Of a DNA stretch of 64,000 nt, positions 20,451-29,366 are shown one piece after another. The translations under genes were made by a program, and so were the position numbers. The stretch spans positions 4,243 to 68,242 of the forward strand of contig CAYWRY010000002.1 of NCBI GenBank assembly GCA_964460485.1, read 5' to 3'. The stretch is from an uncultured Spirochaetales bacterium. GTDB lineage: Bacteria > Myxococcota_A > UBA9160 > UBA6930. The notes beneath the pieces were generated by a model. It did not search any database. It had not been told where the DNA came from and saw only the letters and a list, made by a program, of their open reading frames with translations. Position 1 is the stretch's first letter; each line of letters starts with the position of its first letter.

Positions 20451-20483
20451 GACGGCTTGGCGGCATCGAGCCGCCAAGCCGTC
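20451..20483. other. Perfect 14-bp-stem hairpin (GACGGCTTGGCGGC-ATCGA-GCCGCCAAGCCGTC)
   Basis: Exact inverted repeat with a 5-nt loop. It lies 36 nt after element A and 72 nt before the polA ATG. It could be a terminator or a regulatory structure. Confidence 0.6.
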
Positions 20484-20554
20484 GTTACGGGGCGCGGTGG
20501 CTCGGTCGTGCCTTCGAGCACGGGTCGTTCGCGCGTTCTCGAGATGCGCATGCG

Positions 20555-23344
20555 ATGCCGCGAACGCGCGCGCGAGGCGGCTACCGTGCGTTCGTGCGGA
20601 CACTGCTCGTCATCGACGCGGCGAACGCGCTCTATCGGGCGTTCTTCGCCTTGCCGCCGCTGCGCAGTCCGAGCGGGGCGCCGACAGGCGCGGTGTTCGG
20701 GCTCGCGAACATGCTGCGCAAGCTGATTCGCGAGGAGAAGCCGGATGCGATCGCCGTCGCCATGGATCCGCGCGGCGGCAGCTTCCGGCGCGAGCTGTTC
20801 GCGGGCTACAAGGCCACGCGCGACGCGCAGCCCGAGGACCTCTCCGCGCAACTCCCGCTGGCGCGCGAGCTGATCGACGCCTGGCAGCTGCCCGTGCTCG
20901 AGGTGCCGGGCTTCGAGGCCGACGACGTGATCGCCACGCTGGCGAAGACGGCGCCGCCCGGCTGGAACGTGGTGATCGTCTCGTCGGACAAGGACCTGAT
21001 GCAGCTGGTCGGCGGCCGCGTCGTGCTGCTCGACTCGATGAAGGACAAGCGCATCGGCCCCGCCGAGGTGCAGGAGCGCTTCGGCGTGCCGCCGGAGCAG
21101 CTGCTCGACGTGCGCGCGCTGGTGGGCGACCCGTCGGACAACATCCCCGGCGTGAAGGGCATCGGCGAGAAGGGCGCAGCCGCGCTGATCGCCGAGTACG
21201 GCACGCTCGAGAACCTGCTCGCGAAGGCGGGCGAGGTGAAGGCGAAGAAGGCGCGTGAGGCGCTGCTCGCGCAGGCGGACGCCGCGCGGCTCTCGAAGCA
21301 GCTCGCCACGCTGCGCGACGACGTGCCGCTGCCCGCCGGCATCGACGCGCTGGCGCCGCATGCGCCCGATCGCGCCGCGCTGCGCGAGATCTACAAGCGC
21401 CTCGGCTTCGGGCGGCTCGTCGAGGAGATCGATGCCGAGATCGCCGCGAGCGGCGCGCCGCCCAGCCCGTCCGCCTCTCGAGCCGCCGCTGACCCCGACA
21501 GGGGTCTGACCCCTCCTGGGCTCGACGCGACGTTTTCGTCCGAGAGCGTCCGGTGCGAGGTGGTTCGCGAGCTCGCGGCGCTGCGCGCGGCGGTGCAGGC
21601 GCTCGCCGACGCCGAGCGCGTGGGGGTCGTGCTGGTCGGCGACGACGAGCCGGGCGGCCTGCCGGGCGTGCCCGCGGGCGTCGCGCTGTGCGGCGGCGCG
21701 CACGCGTTCTATGTGCCCCTCGCGCACGACCTTTTGGGCGGCGCGCAGCTCGCCTGGCCGAGCGCCGCGCCGGAGCTGTTCAGCTTGTTCGAGGGCCCGG
21801 CTGCGCGGCCGTGGATCGCGGCGAACACGAAGCGCGTGCAGTCGCTGCTCGCCGAGGCGGGCTGCACGGCCGCGCTGCCGGAGCTCGACGTCGAGCTCGC
21901 GGCGTTCCTGATCGACCCGGCGGGCGCGACCGCTACCTCCGCGCTCGCGCTCCAGCTGCTCGGCCGCGAGCTGCGCGGGTTCGAGGAGCTGACGGGACGC
22001 GGCGCCAAGGCGCGACCCGCGAGCGCGCTCAGCGCCGAGGAGGCGGGCGCCTGGGCGGCGCAGGAGGCGAGCGCGCTGCTCGCGCTCGCGCCGCGACTCG
22101 AAGCACGCATCGCCGCCGACGAGCTCGCGCCGCTGCTGCGCGACGTCGAGCTGCCGCTCACGGCCGTGCTCTCGGCGATGGAGCGCGCCGGGATCCGCGT
22201 CGACGAGCAGAAGCTCGCGGCGCTCTCGCAGGAGTACGAGCGCGAGCTCGTGCGCATCGAGGGCAACCTCTACGCGCTCGCCGGCGAGCGCTTCCAGATC
22301 AACTCGCCGAAGCAGCTGGCGGCGGTGCTGTTCGAGAAGCTGAAGCTGCCGCCGGTGAAGAAGACGCAGACGGGCTTCTCGACGGACGAGAGCGTGCTGG
22401 AGCAGCTGTCCACGCAGCACGAGCTGCCCGCGCAAATCCTCGCCTGGCGGCGGCTCGCGAAGCTGAAGAGCACCTGGGTCGACGCGTTGCCGCCGCTCGT
22501 GAACGCGCGCACCGGGCGCATCCACCCCACCTTCAACCAGATCGGCGCGGCGACCGGGCGGCTCTCCTCGACGCACCCGAACGTGCAGAACATTCCGATC
22601 CGCAGCGAGGAGGGCGTGCGCATCCGCGAGGCGTTCGTGCCGGCGGAGGGGATGACCCTGCTGTCGGCGGACTACTCGCAGGTGGAGCTGCGCATCGTCG
22701 CCCACTACTCCGGCGACCAGAGCCTGATCGACGCGTTCGCCAAGGGGGAGGACGTCCACCGGCGCACGGCGGCGGAGGTGAACGGCATCGAGCCGGACGC
22801 GGTGACGGCTGACCAGCGCGCGCACGCGAAGGCGATCAACTTCGGGATCATCTACGGCTCCTCGGCGTTCGGCATCGCCAACCAGCTCGGCATCGCGCAG
22901 GCCGAGGCGCAGGCGACCATCGACCGCTACTTCGCGCGGTACCGCGGCGTGCGGCGCTTTCTCGACGAGACCATCGCCGCCGCGCAGGAGACAGGCTTCG
23001 TGCGCACGCTGCTCGGGCGCCGCCGTTACCTGCCCGACCTGCGCTCGCGCAACCGCGCGCTGCGGCAGGCCGCCGAGCGCATGGCGGTGAACACGGTCAT
23101 CCAGGGCACGGCGGCGGATCTCATCAAGAAGGCGATGGTCGAAGTGCAGCAGGCGCTCCGCGACGCCGGCCTGCGCGCGCGCATGCTGCTCCAGGTGCAC
23201 GACGAGCTCGTGTTCGAGGCTCCGCCCGGGGAGCTCGCGGAGCTGACGAAGCTGGTGAGGTCGCGCATGGAGGGCGCCTACGCGCTCTCGGTCCCCCTGG
23301 TCGCGGACGTGGGCTCCGGCCGGAACTGGCGGGAGGCGCATTGA
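20555..23344 (+). CDS. polA: DNA polymerase I
   Basis: 5'-nuclease domain (LLVIDAANALYRAFFA, GVKGIGEKGAA). Pol motifs A (DYSQVELRI), B (RAHAKAINFGIIYG) and C (LQVHDELVFE). Start is ATG 20555 or GTG 20594 within ORF 20231..23344. Confidence 0.95.
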   Translation: MPRTRARGGYRAFVRTLLVIDAANALYRAFFALPPLRSPSGAPTGAVFGLANMLRKLIREEKPDAIAVAMDPRGGSFRRELFAGYKATRDAQPEDLSAQLPLARELIDAWQLPVLEVPGFEADDVIATLAKTAPPGWNVVIVSSDKDLMQLVGGRVVLLDSMKDKRIGPAEVQERFGVPPEQLLDVRALVGDPSDNIPGVKGIGEKGAAALIAEYGTLENLLAKAGEVKAKKAREALLAQADAARLSKQLATLRDDVPLPAGIDALAPHAPDRAALREIYKRLGFGRLVEEIDAEIAASGAPPSPSASRAAADPDRGLTPPGLDATFSSESVRCEVVRELAALRAAVQALADAERVGVVLVGDDEPGGLPGVPAGVALCGGAHAFYVPLAHDLLGGAQLAWPSAAPELFSLFEGPAARPWIAANTKRVQSLLAEAGCTAALPELDVELAAFLIDPAGATATSALALQLLGRELRGFEELTGRGAKARPASALSAEEAGAWAAQEASALLALAPRLEARIAADELAPLLRDVELPLTAVLSAMERAGIRVDEQKLAALSQEYERELVRIEGNLYALAGERFQINSPKQLAAVLFEKLKLPPVKKTQTGFSTDESVLEQLSTQHELPAQILAWRRLAKLKSTWVDALPPLVNARTGRIHPTFNQIGAATGRLSSTHPNVQNIPIRSEEGVRIREAFVPAEGMTLLSADYSQVELRIVAHYSGDQSLIDAFAKGEDVHRRTAAEVNGIEPDAVTADQRAHAKAINFGIIYGSSAFGIANQLGIAQAEAQATIDRYFARYRGVRRFLDETIAAAQETGFVRTLLGRRRYLPDLRSRNRALRQAAERMAVNTVIQGTAADLIKKAMVEVQQALRDAGLRARMLLQVHDELVFEAPPGELAELTKLVRSRMEGAYALSVPLVADVGSGRNWREAH

Positions 23345-23483
23345 TGCAGCAGCGGGGCGGCAGCGCGCGTGCAGCGGCGGTTCGTCGCGGATCGCCGCCG
23401 ACGGCCCGCGCGGCTCCAGGGGGCTCCCGCGAATACGCGGCGGGCCGCCGGCGTCGGAGCCCCGGGACACCGGAGAGCGAGGC

Positions 23484-24158
23484 GTGGCGGCTCCAACTCG
23501 CAAGGGGCGCGCGGTGACCGTTGCCGCCGGCCCCACCGACGACGAGGTGATCGACGCGATTCGCGCCGGCGACCGCAACGCCTTCCGCGTGCTGGTCGAG
23601 CGATACCAGGCGCGGGCGTTCCGGCTGGCGCTCCGGATCCTGCGCGACGAGGACGTCGCGCGCGACGCCGTCCAGGACGCGTTCGTGAAGGCCTTCAACA
23701 ACCTCGGCAAGTTCGAGAGGCGCTCGGCGTTCTTCACCTGGCTCTATCGCCTGGTGAAGAACCAGTGCCTCGACGTGATGCGCCGCGATCGCTCGGACCG
23801 CGTGGTCGAGTGGGAGGAGGGCTCGCTCGTCGAGGCGGACGCTTCCGCGGCCGCCACGCCGGAGGTGGACGGCGTCTCTTTCGCCCCCGCCACCGAGGTT
23901 CTGCGCAAACAGCTCCGAGAGAAGATCGACGCCGCAATCGCGAAGCTGCCGGAGAGTGCGCGAGAGACGCTGATCCTGCGCGAGGTGGAGGGCCTCTCCT
24001 ACCAGGAGATCGCCGAGGCGCAGGGCATCCCGAAAGGCACGGTGATGAGCAGGCTCTTCTACGCCCGCAAGCAAATGCAGAAGCTGCTGATTGAATCAGG
24101 AGCCGTGGACGCTGCGTCAGTGGGTGCAGACATGGAGCCGTCCGGAGAGAGCGCATGA
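23484..24158 (+). CDS. ECF-type RNA polymerase sigma factor
   Basis: Region 2 (DAVQDAFVKAF, FFTWLYRLVKN) and region 4 HTH (LSYQEIAEAQGIPKGTVMSRL). Confidence 0.9.
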   Translation: MAAPTRKGRAVTVAAGPTDDEVIDAIRAGDRNAFRVLVERYQARAFRLALRILRDEDVARDAVQDAFVKAFNNLGKFERRSAFFTWLYRLVKNQCLDVMRRDRSDRVVEWEEGSLVEADASAAATPEVDGVSFAPATEVLRKQLREKIDAAIAKLPESARETLILREVEGLSYQEIAEAQGIPKGTVMSRLFYARKQMQKLLIESGAVDAASVGADMEPSGESA

Positions 24159-24661
24159 GGAGCGAGCGACTCGTCAGAGACCTCCACGCCTACCACGACG
24201 GCGAGCTGCGCGGGCTGCGCCGCTGGTGGCTGGAGCGCAGGCTCGCCGCGGATCCCGCGGCCCAGGCGGAGCTCGCCCGCGTCCGGGAGCTCGGCGCGGC
24301 GCTGCGCGCCCAGGCGGAGCAGACCCCCGCGCCCGATCTGTGGGGCGCGATCGTCGTCCAGCTCCCGCCGGCGCCCCCCGCCGCCGAGGTCGGCCGCGAG
24401 CGCGCGGGCTTCGGCCTCACGCTGCCGAAGTGGGCGGGCGCGGTGGTCGCCGCCGGCGCCGTGGCCGCCGTCTTCCTGCTGATGCCCGGCGGCCAGCCCA
24501 CGCCTGGCCCGGCTCCCGCGATTCGCGAGTCCGCGGTCCAGCTGCTCGACAGCGGGCGCCGGCCTGCGGTGATCCTGCAGGACGACACGGAGGCGACGAT
24601 CATCCTGCTGCTTCCCATGCAGAAGATCGGCGCGGGGAGGACTCCCGATGTCGTGGGCTGA
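24155..24661 (+). CDS. Putative anti-sigma factor (no zinc motif), single-pass membrane protein
   Basis: ATG overlaps the sigma gene stop (ATGA). N-terminal anti-sigma-like helix (LHAYHDGEL...) and a central TM segment (WAGAVVAAGAVAAVFLL). Confidence 0.6.
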   Translation: MRSERLVRDLHAYHDGELRGLRRWWLERRLAADPAAQAELARVRELGAALRAQAEQTPAPDLWGAIVVQLPPAPPAAEVGRERAGFGLTLPKWAGAVVAAGAVAAVFLLMPGGQPTPGPAPAIRESAVQLLDSGRRPAVILQDDTEATIILLLPMQKIGAGRTPDVVG

Positions 24662-25139
24662 GCGAAGGCGCGCGGTGCAGGCGGCGCTGTGCGCGTTGGG
24701 GCTCGCGCTGGGCGCTGCGGGCGCCGCGTTCGCGCAGGAGTTCTCGCAGCCGCTCGCCGCGGAGGCTTCGCCGCACAAGGCGCCGGCGCGCTTCGAGGTG
24801 ACGGTGCTGCGGGCAGAGCTGGCGAGAGGCGCGATCGACCCGCGGGCCGCGCGCCTGCACGAGCTGTTTGCGAAGCGCGGCCTTTCTTATGGGACCCTGC
24901 GCGTGGTCGCCCAGCAGCGCGAGGCGCTGATGCTGGGCGAGATCGGCGCGGTGACGACGCCTACCGGCCGCGAGTACCGCTTCCGCCCGCTCGATCGCGG
25001 CGACGCGGGCGGCTTCCTGGTCGCCGTGGACTGGGGCAGCACGCGCGGCGACTTCCGCATGAAGCCCGGCGTCCCGCTGATCCTCGGCGGCCAGCCGAAG
25101 GACGGCGGCTTCATCTGGGTGGCGCTCGAGCTGCGCTGA
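24648..25139 (+). CDS. Hypothetical secreted protein, third gene of the sigma/anti-sigma operon
   Basis: Signal peptide (ALCALGLALGAAGAAFA-QE). GGGGAGG RBS lies 7 nt upstream of the ATG. It overlaps the upstream gene by 14 nt. Confidence 0.6.
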   Translation: MSWAERRRAVQAALCALGLALGAAGAAFAQEFSQPLAAEASPHKAPARFEVTVLRAELARGAIDPRAARLHELFAKRGLSYGTLRVVAQQREALMLGEIGAVTTPTGREYRFRPLDRGDAGGFLVAVDWGSTRGDFRMKPGVPLILGGQPKDGGFIWVALELR

Positions 25140-25207
25140 GCGCGAGGCCGCCCAGAACGCGCGCTCGCCCGGCTGCGCCGCGGCTTGCCCGGCGCGCTCC
25201 CGGGCGC

Positions 25208-25855
25208 TCACGGCTGTAGGCGCCGCGCCGTCCAGCTCTCGCCCGCGCCGCGCGTCCAGAGCGCGCGATCGTGCAGTCGGCCCGGGCGGCTGTGCCACAA
25301 CTCGACGCACTCCGCGCGCAGGCGGTAGCCGCCCCAGTGCGGTGGACGCGGCACCGCGGCGTCGGCGTCGCCGGCGCGCACGCCGAAGCGCGCGGCGTGG
25401 CGCGCGTACTCCGCCTCGATCGCCGCGCGCGACGCGACCGCCTCGCTCTGCGCGCTCGCCCACGCGCTCACGCGCGAGTCGAGCGGGCGCGTCGCGAAGT
25501 AGGCGTCGGCCTCGGCGTCGCTCGTCTCGCCGACGGGGCCGCTGAAGCGCGCTTGGCGCTGCTGGTGGCCGAACAGGAAGACGGCGGAGGCGTACGGGTG
25601 GGCGGCGAGCGCGCGCCCCTTCGGACTGCGCTTGTTGGTGTAGAACACGAGGCTGCCGGTCTCCGGCTCGAGCGCTTTGCACAGCACGAAGCGCACCTCG
25701 GGGCGACCCGCTGCGTCGACGGTGGCGAGGGCGATCGCGTGCGGATCGGGCTGGAGCCGCGCCGCAAACGCCTCGTCGAGCCAGCGCATCGCGATCGGAA
25801 ACGGATCCGCGGGCAGCGGATCGTCGGAGAGCCACGCATCGGGCCAGTCGCGCAT
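25208..25855 (-). CDS. pdxH: Pyridoxamine 5'-phosphate oxidase
   Basis: FMN-binding split-barrel motifs (ATVDAAGRPEVRFVLCK, FYTNKRSPKG) and the C-terminal HWGGYRL...VELW..RLHDR signature. ATG at 25855 within ORF 25208..26143. Confidence 0.9.
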   Translation of the reverse strand: MRDWPDAWLSDDPLPADPFPIAMRWLDEAFAARLQPDPHAIALATVDAAGRPEVRFVLCKALEPETGSLVFYTNKRSPKGRALAAHPYASAVFLFGHQQRQARFSGPVGETSDAEADAYFATRPLDSRVSAWASAQSEAVASRAAIEAEYARHAARFGVRAGDADAAVPRPPHWGGYRLRAECVELWHSRPGRLHDRALWTRGAGESWTARRLQP

Positions 25856-25978
25856 GCGCGCCAACGTACCGCGGCGCGGGCCGGCCAATCGCGGGGCGTT
25901 TGCGCGCGGCGCTGTGCCATCGTCAGGGCACGCTGCAACGCTGCGCGCCTGCCGCTTCGCACGAGGGAGACAACGCCG

Positions 25979-27199
25979 ATGCGCTTCGGGATCTTCTACG
26001 AGCACCAGCTGCCGCGGCCCTGGACCGACGGCCTCGAGCACAGGCTCTTCCAGGACGCGCTCGCGCAGGTGGAGCTCGCCGACCAGCTGGGCTTCGACAC
26101 CGCGTGGGAGGTCGAGCATCACTTCCTCGAGGAGTACTCCCACTCGTCGGCGCCCGAGGTGTTCCTAGCGGCGTGCTCCCAGCGCACCAAGAACATCCGC
26201 CTCGGCCACGGCATCGTGCTCATGCCCCCGGGCTACAGCCACCCTGCGAAGATTGCCTCGCGCATCGCGACGCTCGATCTCGTCTCGAACGGCCGCGTCG
26301 AGTTCGGCACCGGCGAGTCGGCCTCGCGGCTCGAGCTGGAGGGCTTCGGCGTGCCGCCCGGCGAAAAAAAGGCGATGTGGCGCGAGGCGACCGAGCAGGT
26401 CTGCAACATGCTCGCGATGGATCCCTATCCCGGTCATCAGGGGAAGTACTTCGCGATGCCCCCGCGCAACGTGGTGCCGAAACCGCTGCAGCGCCCGCAT
26501 CCGCCCCTGTGGGTCGCGTGCTCGAACCGCGGCACGATCCTCGAGGCCGCGCGGCTCGGCATCGGCGCGCTCACGTTCGCCTTCATCGACGAGAGCGAGG
26601 CCCGCCAGTGGGTGAAGGACTACTACGACACTTTCAAGCGCGAGTGCGTGCCGATCGGGCACACCGTGAACCCGAACGTCGCGATGGTGTCGGGCTTCTC
26701 GGTGCACCCCGATCGTGCCGAGGCGGAACGGCGCGGGCTCGAAGGCTTCAAGTTCTTCGGCTTCGCGCTCGGCCATCACTATGTGTTCGGCGAGCAGCGC
26801 GTCGGGCGCACCGACATCTGGCGCAACTTCCAGCACTTCCGCGACCAGTTCCCCGGGCCCGAGGGGCGCTCGATCGGAACGCCCGACGAGGTGCGCGCCC
26901 GGCTGCTGCAGATGGAGGACGCCGGCGTCGACCAAGTCGTGTTCATCCAGCAGGCGGGCCGCAACCGCCACGAGCACATCTGCGAGAGCCTCGAGCTGTT
27001 CGCGAAGGACGTGATGCCGGAGTTCGCCGCGCGCCGCGCCGAGCGCGAGCGGCGCAAAGCCGACGAGCTTGCGCCCTACGTCGCGGCGGCCATGCAGCGC
27101 AAGCGCTGGATGAAGCCGCTCTCCGATGGAGAGATCCCCGTCGTGAAGGCCTACGGCCGGCCAGACGCCCAGACGCCGCCCGACCTCGAGAGCCGTTAG
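25979..27199 (+). CDS. LLM-class flavin-dependent oxidoreductase
   Basis: MRFGIFYEHQLPRPW..., HHFLEEYSHSSAPEVFL and GRVEFGTGES are typical of the luciferase-like family. ATG at 25979 follows GGGAGA. Confidence 0.9.
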   Translation: MRFGIFYEHQLPRPWTDGLEHRLFQDALAQVELADQLGFDTAWEVEHHFLEEYSHSSAPEVFLAACSQRTKNIRLGHGIVLMPPGYSHPAKIASRIATLDLVSNGRVEFGTGESASRLELEGFGVPPGEKKAMWREATEQVCNMLAMDPYPGHQGKYFAMPPRNVVPKPLQRPHPPLWVACSNRGTILEAARLGIGALTFAFIDESEARQWVKDYYDTFKRECVPIGHTVNPNVAMVSGFSVHPDRAEAERRGLEGFKFFGFALGHHYVFGEQRVGRTDIWRNFQHFRDQFPGPEGRSIGTPDEVRARLLQMEDAGVDQVVFIQQAGRNRHEHICESLELFAKDVMPEFAARRAERERRKADELAPYVAAAMQRKRWMKPLSDGEIPVVKAYGRPDAQTPPDLESR

Positions 27200-27343
27200 G
27201 GCGTCGACGCAAGACCTGCGCGCGATGCGCCGGTTGCAGGCCTTCGCGCGCTCTTTCGCGCGACGCCCGGAGCGCGGGAGCGTGACGCATTTCCTTGCCC
27301 GCTCCGGGATCGCTTGATAGTCCTCGCGCCGAAGGGGGATTCC

Positions 27344-28162
27344 ATGCTCATCACCAAGCACCCGTTTGCCGTCTTCGCGCTGCTCGCGGCGCTCGCGATC
27401 CCGAGCGCGGGAGCGGCCGAGAGCCGGTTCTCCGGCATCGCGCAGATCGACTTCACGAACGCCTACATCTTCCGCGGAATCATGAACGAGAAGAGCGGCG
27501 CCATCGTGCAGCCCTGGGGCGAGGTCTACGCGAACCTCTACTCCTCGGACGACGGCTTCCTGCGCGACGTCACCGCCGGCTTCGGCGTCTGGCTGAGCAT
27601 CCACAGCGAGGAGACCCTCGCCGTCGACGACCCGACCTCGCTCTACGAGGCGGACTACTACCCGCTGGTCTCGGTCGACGTCGCGGGCGGCGTGAATCTG
27701 CTCACAACGTACTACTTCTACGATAGTCCGAACGGCGCGTGGGGTCCGGCCGTGCAGGAGCTGAACTTCAAGCTGTCGCTCGGCGAGGGTCCCTTCGAGC
27801 GCATCGCGCCCTGGATGAACCTCGCGATCGAAACGTACAGCTCGTCGAGCGGCACGACTTCGGGCACCGGCGTGCAGTTCGGCATCGCGCCGACGTTCTT
27901 CGAGAGCGACGCGTTCTCGGTGAGCGGCTCGGCGGAGGTCGGCCTCACCATCGACGACTACTACGACGGGCTCAGCGGCGACGGGAACGAGAACACCTTC
28001 GGTTACGCGAATCTCGGTGTGGGCCTGGGTGTGCCGATCAACGACTTCCTCTCCGCGGGCCTGAGCTTCAAGTACTTCCTCTTCGGCGACGACCTCGAGG
28101 CCGTGAACGGCGGTCACGGCGGACACGGCGTGGTGGTCGGCAGCGTCACGGCGGAGTTCTGA
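27344..28162 (+). CDS. Outer-membrane beta-barrel protein, TorF/Gcw_chp-like putative porin
   Basis: Signal peptide (ALLAALAIPSAGA). YIFRG motif near the N-terminus, amphipathic beta-strand periodicity, and a C-terminal Phe. ATG at 27344 follows AAGGGGGA. Confidence 0.7.
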   Translation: MLITKHPFAVFALLAALAIPSAGAAESRFSGIAQIDFTNAYIFRGIMNEKSGAIVQPWGEVYANLYSSDDGFLRDVTAGFGVWLSIHSEETLAVDDPTSLYEADYYPLVSVDVAGGVNLLTTYYFYDSPNGAWGPAVQELNFKLSLGEGPFERIAPWMNLAIETYSSSSGTTSGTGVQFGIAPTFFESDAFSVSGSAEVGLTIDDYYDGLSGDGNENTFGYANLGVGLGVPINDFLSAGLSFKYFLFGDDLEAVNGGHGGHGVVVGSVTAEF

Positions 28163-28166
28163 TCGC

Positions 28167-28200
28167 GCGGGCCTTCGGGCGAACGCGCTCGAAGGCCCGC
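28167..28200. terminator. Bidirectional terminator-like hairpin between the convergent porin and potA genes
   Basis: Perfect 11-bp stem GCGGGCCTTCG / CGAAGGCCCGC with a 12-nt loop. Confidence 0.5.
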
Positions 28201-28262
28201 GGCGTCCGCGGTCACGGGCGCGCGGCGCGAGCGAGGCTGCGCCCGCGCCACGCGGCCGGCTC

Positions 28263-29366
28263 TCACGCCTCCGGCGTGAGCAGCCGCGCCGAGTCCGCGG
28301 CCCAGTGCGCCCAGAGCCGCGCGCCGGCGCGCGCCTCGGCGACGCGTCGATCCGTCTCGATGTGTGCGACCAGCTCGTCGCCGGCTGCGGTCTTCACGGC
28401 GCAGCGCTGCACCGCGCCCTGGAACACGAGGTCGGTGCAGGTCACCGGCATGGTGCAGTCCTCCGTGCTCGGCTCGGCCGCGCACACCTCGAGCCGCTCC
28501 GGCCGCACCATCAGCAGCGCCGCCGCGCCCGCCGCGAAGGTGCGGCCGCGCGTCGCGATCTCTGCGCGCCGGCCGCCGGGCAGCAGCACGACCGCGCTCG
28601 CGCCGTTCGCGCGCTCGACGGTCACCGGCAGCAAGTTCGCGTGCCCGATGAAGCGCGCGACGAAGGCCGTCTGCGGCTCGTCGTAGATGCCCTCCGGCGT
28701 GCCGACCTGCTCGAGCTCGCCGGCGCGCATCACGGCGATGCGGTCCGCCATGGTGATCGCCTCTTCCTGGTCGTGGGTCACGAAGATGAAGGTGATGCCC
28801 ACGTCGCGCTGGATGCGCTTCAGCTCGATCTGCATCTGGCGGCGCAGCTCGAGGTCGAGGGCGGAGAGCGGCTCGTCGAGCAGCAGCGCCTTGGGGTCGT
28901 TCACGAGCGCGCGCGCCAGCGCGACGCGTTGGCGCTGCCCGCCCGAGAGCTGGCTCGGCATGCGCTGCGCGAGGTCGCCGAGGCGCACGACCTCGATCAT
29001 GCGCTTCACGCGCCGCTCGACGTCGGCCTTGTCATCGCCGCGGATGCGCGGGCCGAAGGCGACGTTGTCGAACACGCTGAGGTGCGGGAACAGCGCGTAG
29101 TTCTGGAACACGGTGTTGACGGGACGCCGGTAGGGCGGGACGCCCGCCATCTCCTGGCCGTCCAGCCGGATCGTGCCGCTGGTCGGCTCCTCGAAGCCGG
29201 CGATCATGCGCAGCATCGTCGTCTTGCCGCAGCCCGACGGGCCGAGCATCGCGAAGAACTCGCCCGCGCCGATCGCGAAGCTCATGTCGTGGGTGGCGAC
29301 GAAGTCGCCGAAGCGCTTCGTGACGTGCTCGACGGAGATCAGGGGTCGCGGGCTCGCCTCGCTCAC
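28263..29366 (-). CDS. potA: Spermidine/putrescine-type ABC transporter ATP-binding protein
   Basis: Walker A GPSGCGKTT, signature LSGGQRQR, Walker B LLLDEPLSALD, and a C-terminal TOBE-like domain. GTG at 29366 lies 5 nt after GGAGGA. The rest of ORF 28263..32477 is read-through. Confidence 0.9.
   Translation of the reverse strand: MSEASPRPLISVEHVTKRFGDFVATHDMSFAIGAGEFFAMLGPSGCGKTTMLRMIAGFEEPTSGTIRLDGQEMAGVPPYRRPVNTVFQNYALFPHLSVFDNVAFGPRIRGDDKADVERRVKRMIEVVRLGDLAQRMPSQLSGGQRQRVALARALVNDPKALLLDEPLSALDLELRRQMQIELKRIQRDVGITFIFVTHDQEEAITMADRIAVMRAGELEQVGTPEGIYDEPQTAFVARFIGHANLLPVTVERANGASAVVLLPGGRRAEIATRGRTFAAGAAALLMVRPERLEVCAAEPSTEDCTMPVTCTDLVFQGAVQRCAVKTAAGDELVAHIETDRRVAEARAGARLWAHWAADSARLLTPEA

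Noticed and set aside
27260-27343. Sigma-70 promoter (TTGCCC ... GATAGT) and an imperfect hairpin upstream of the porin gene
   Set aside because: The spacing (15 nt) and the hexamer matches are poor, and the inverted repeat is imperfect with a large loop. This is not enough evidence to annotate.
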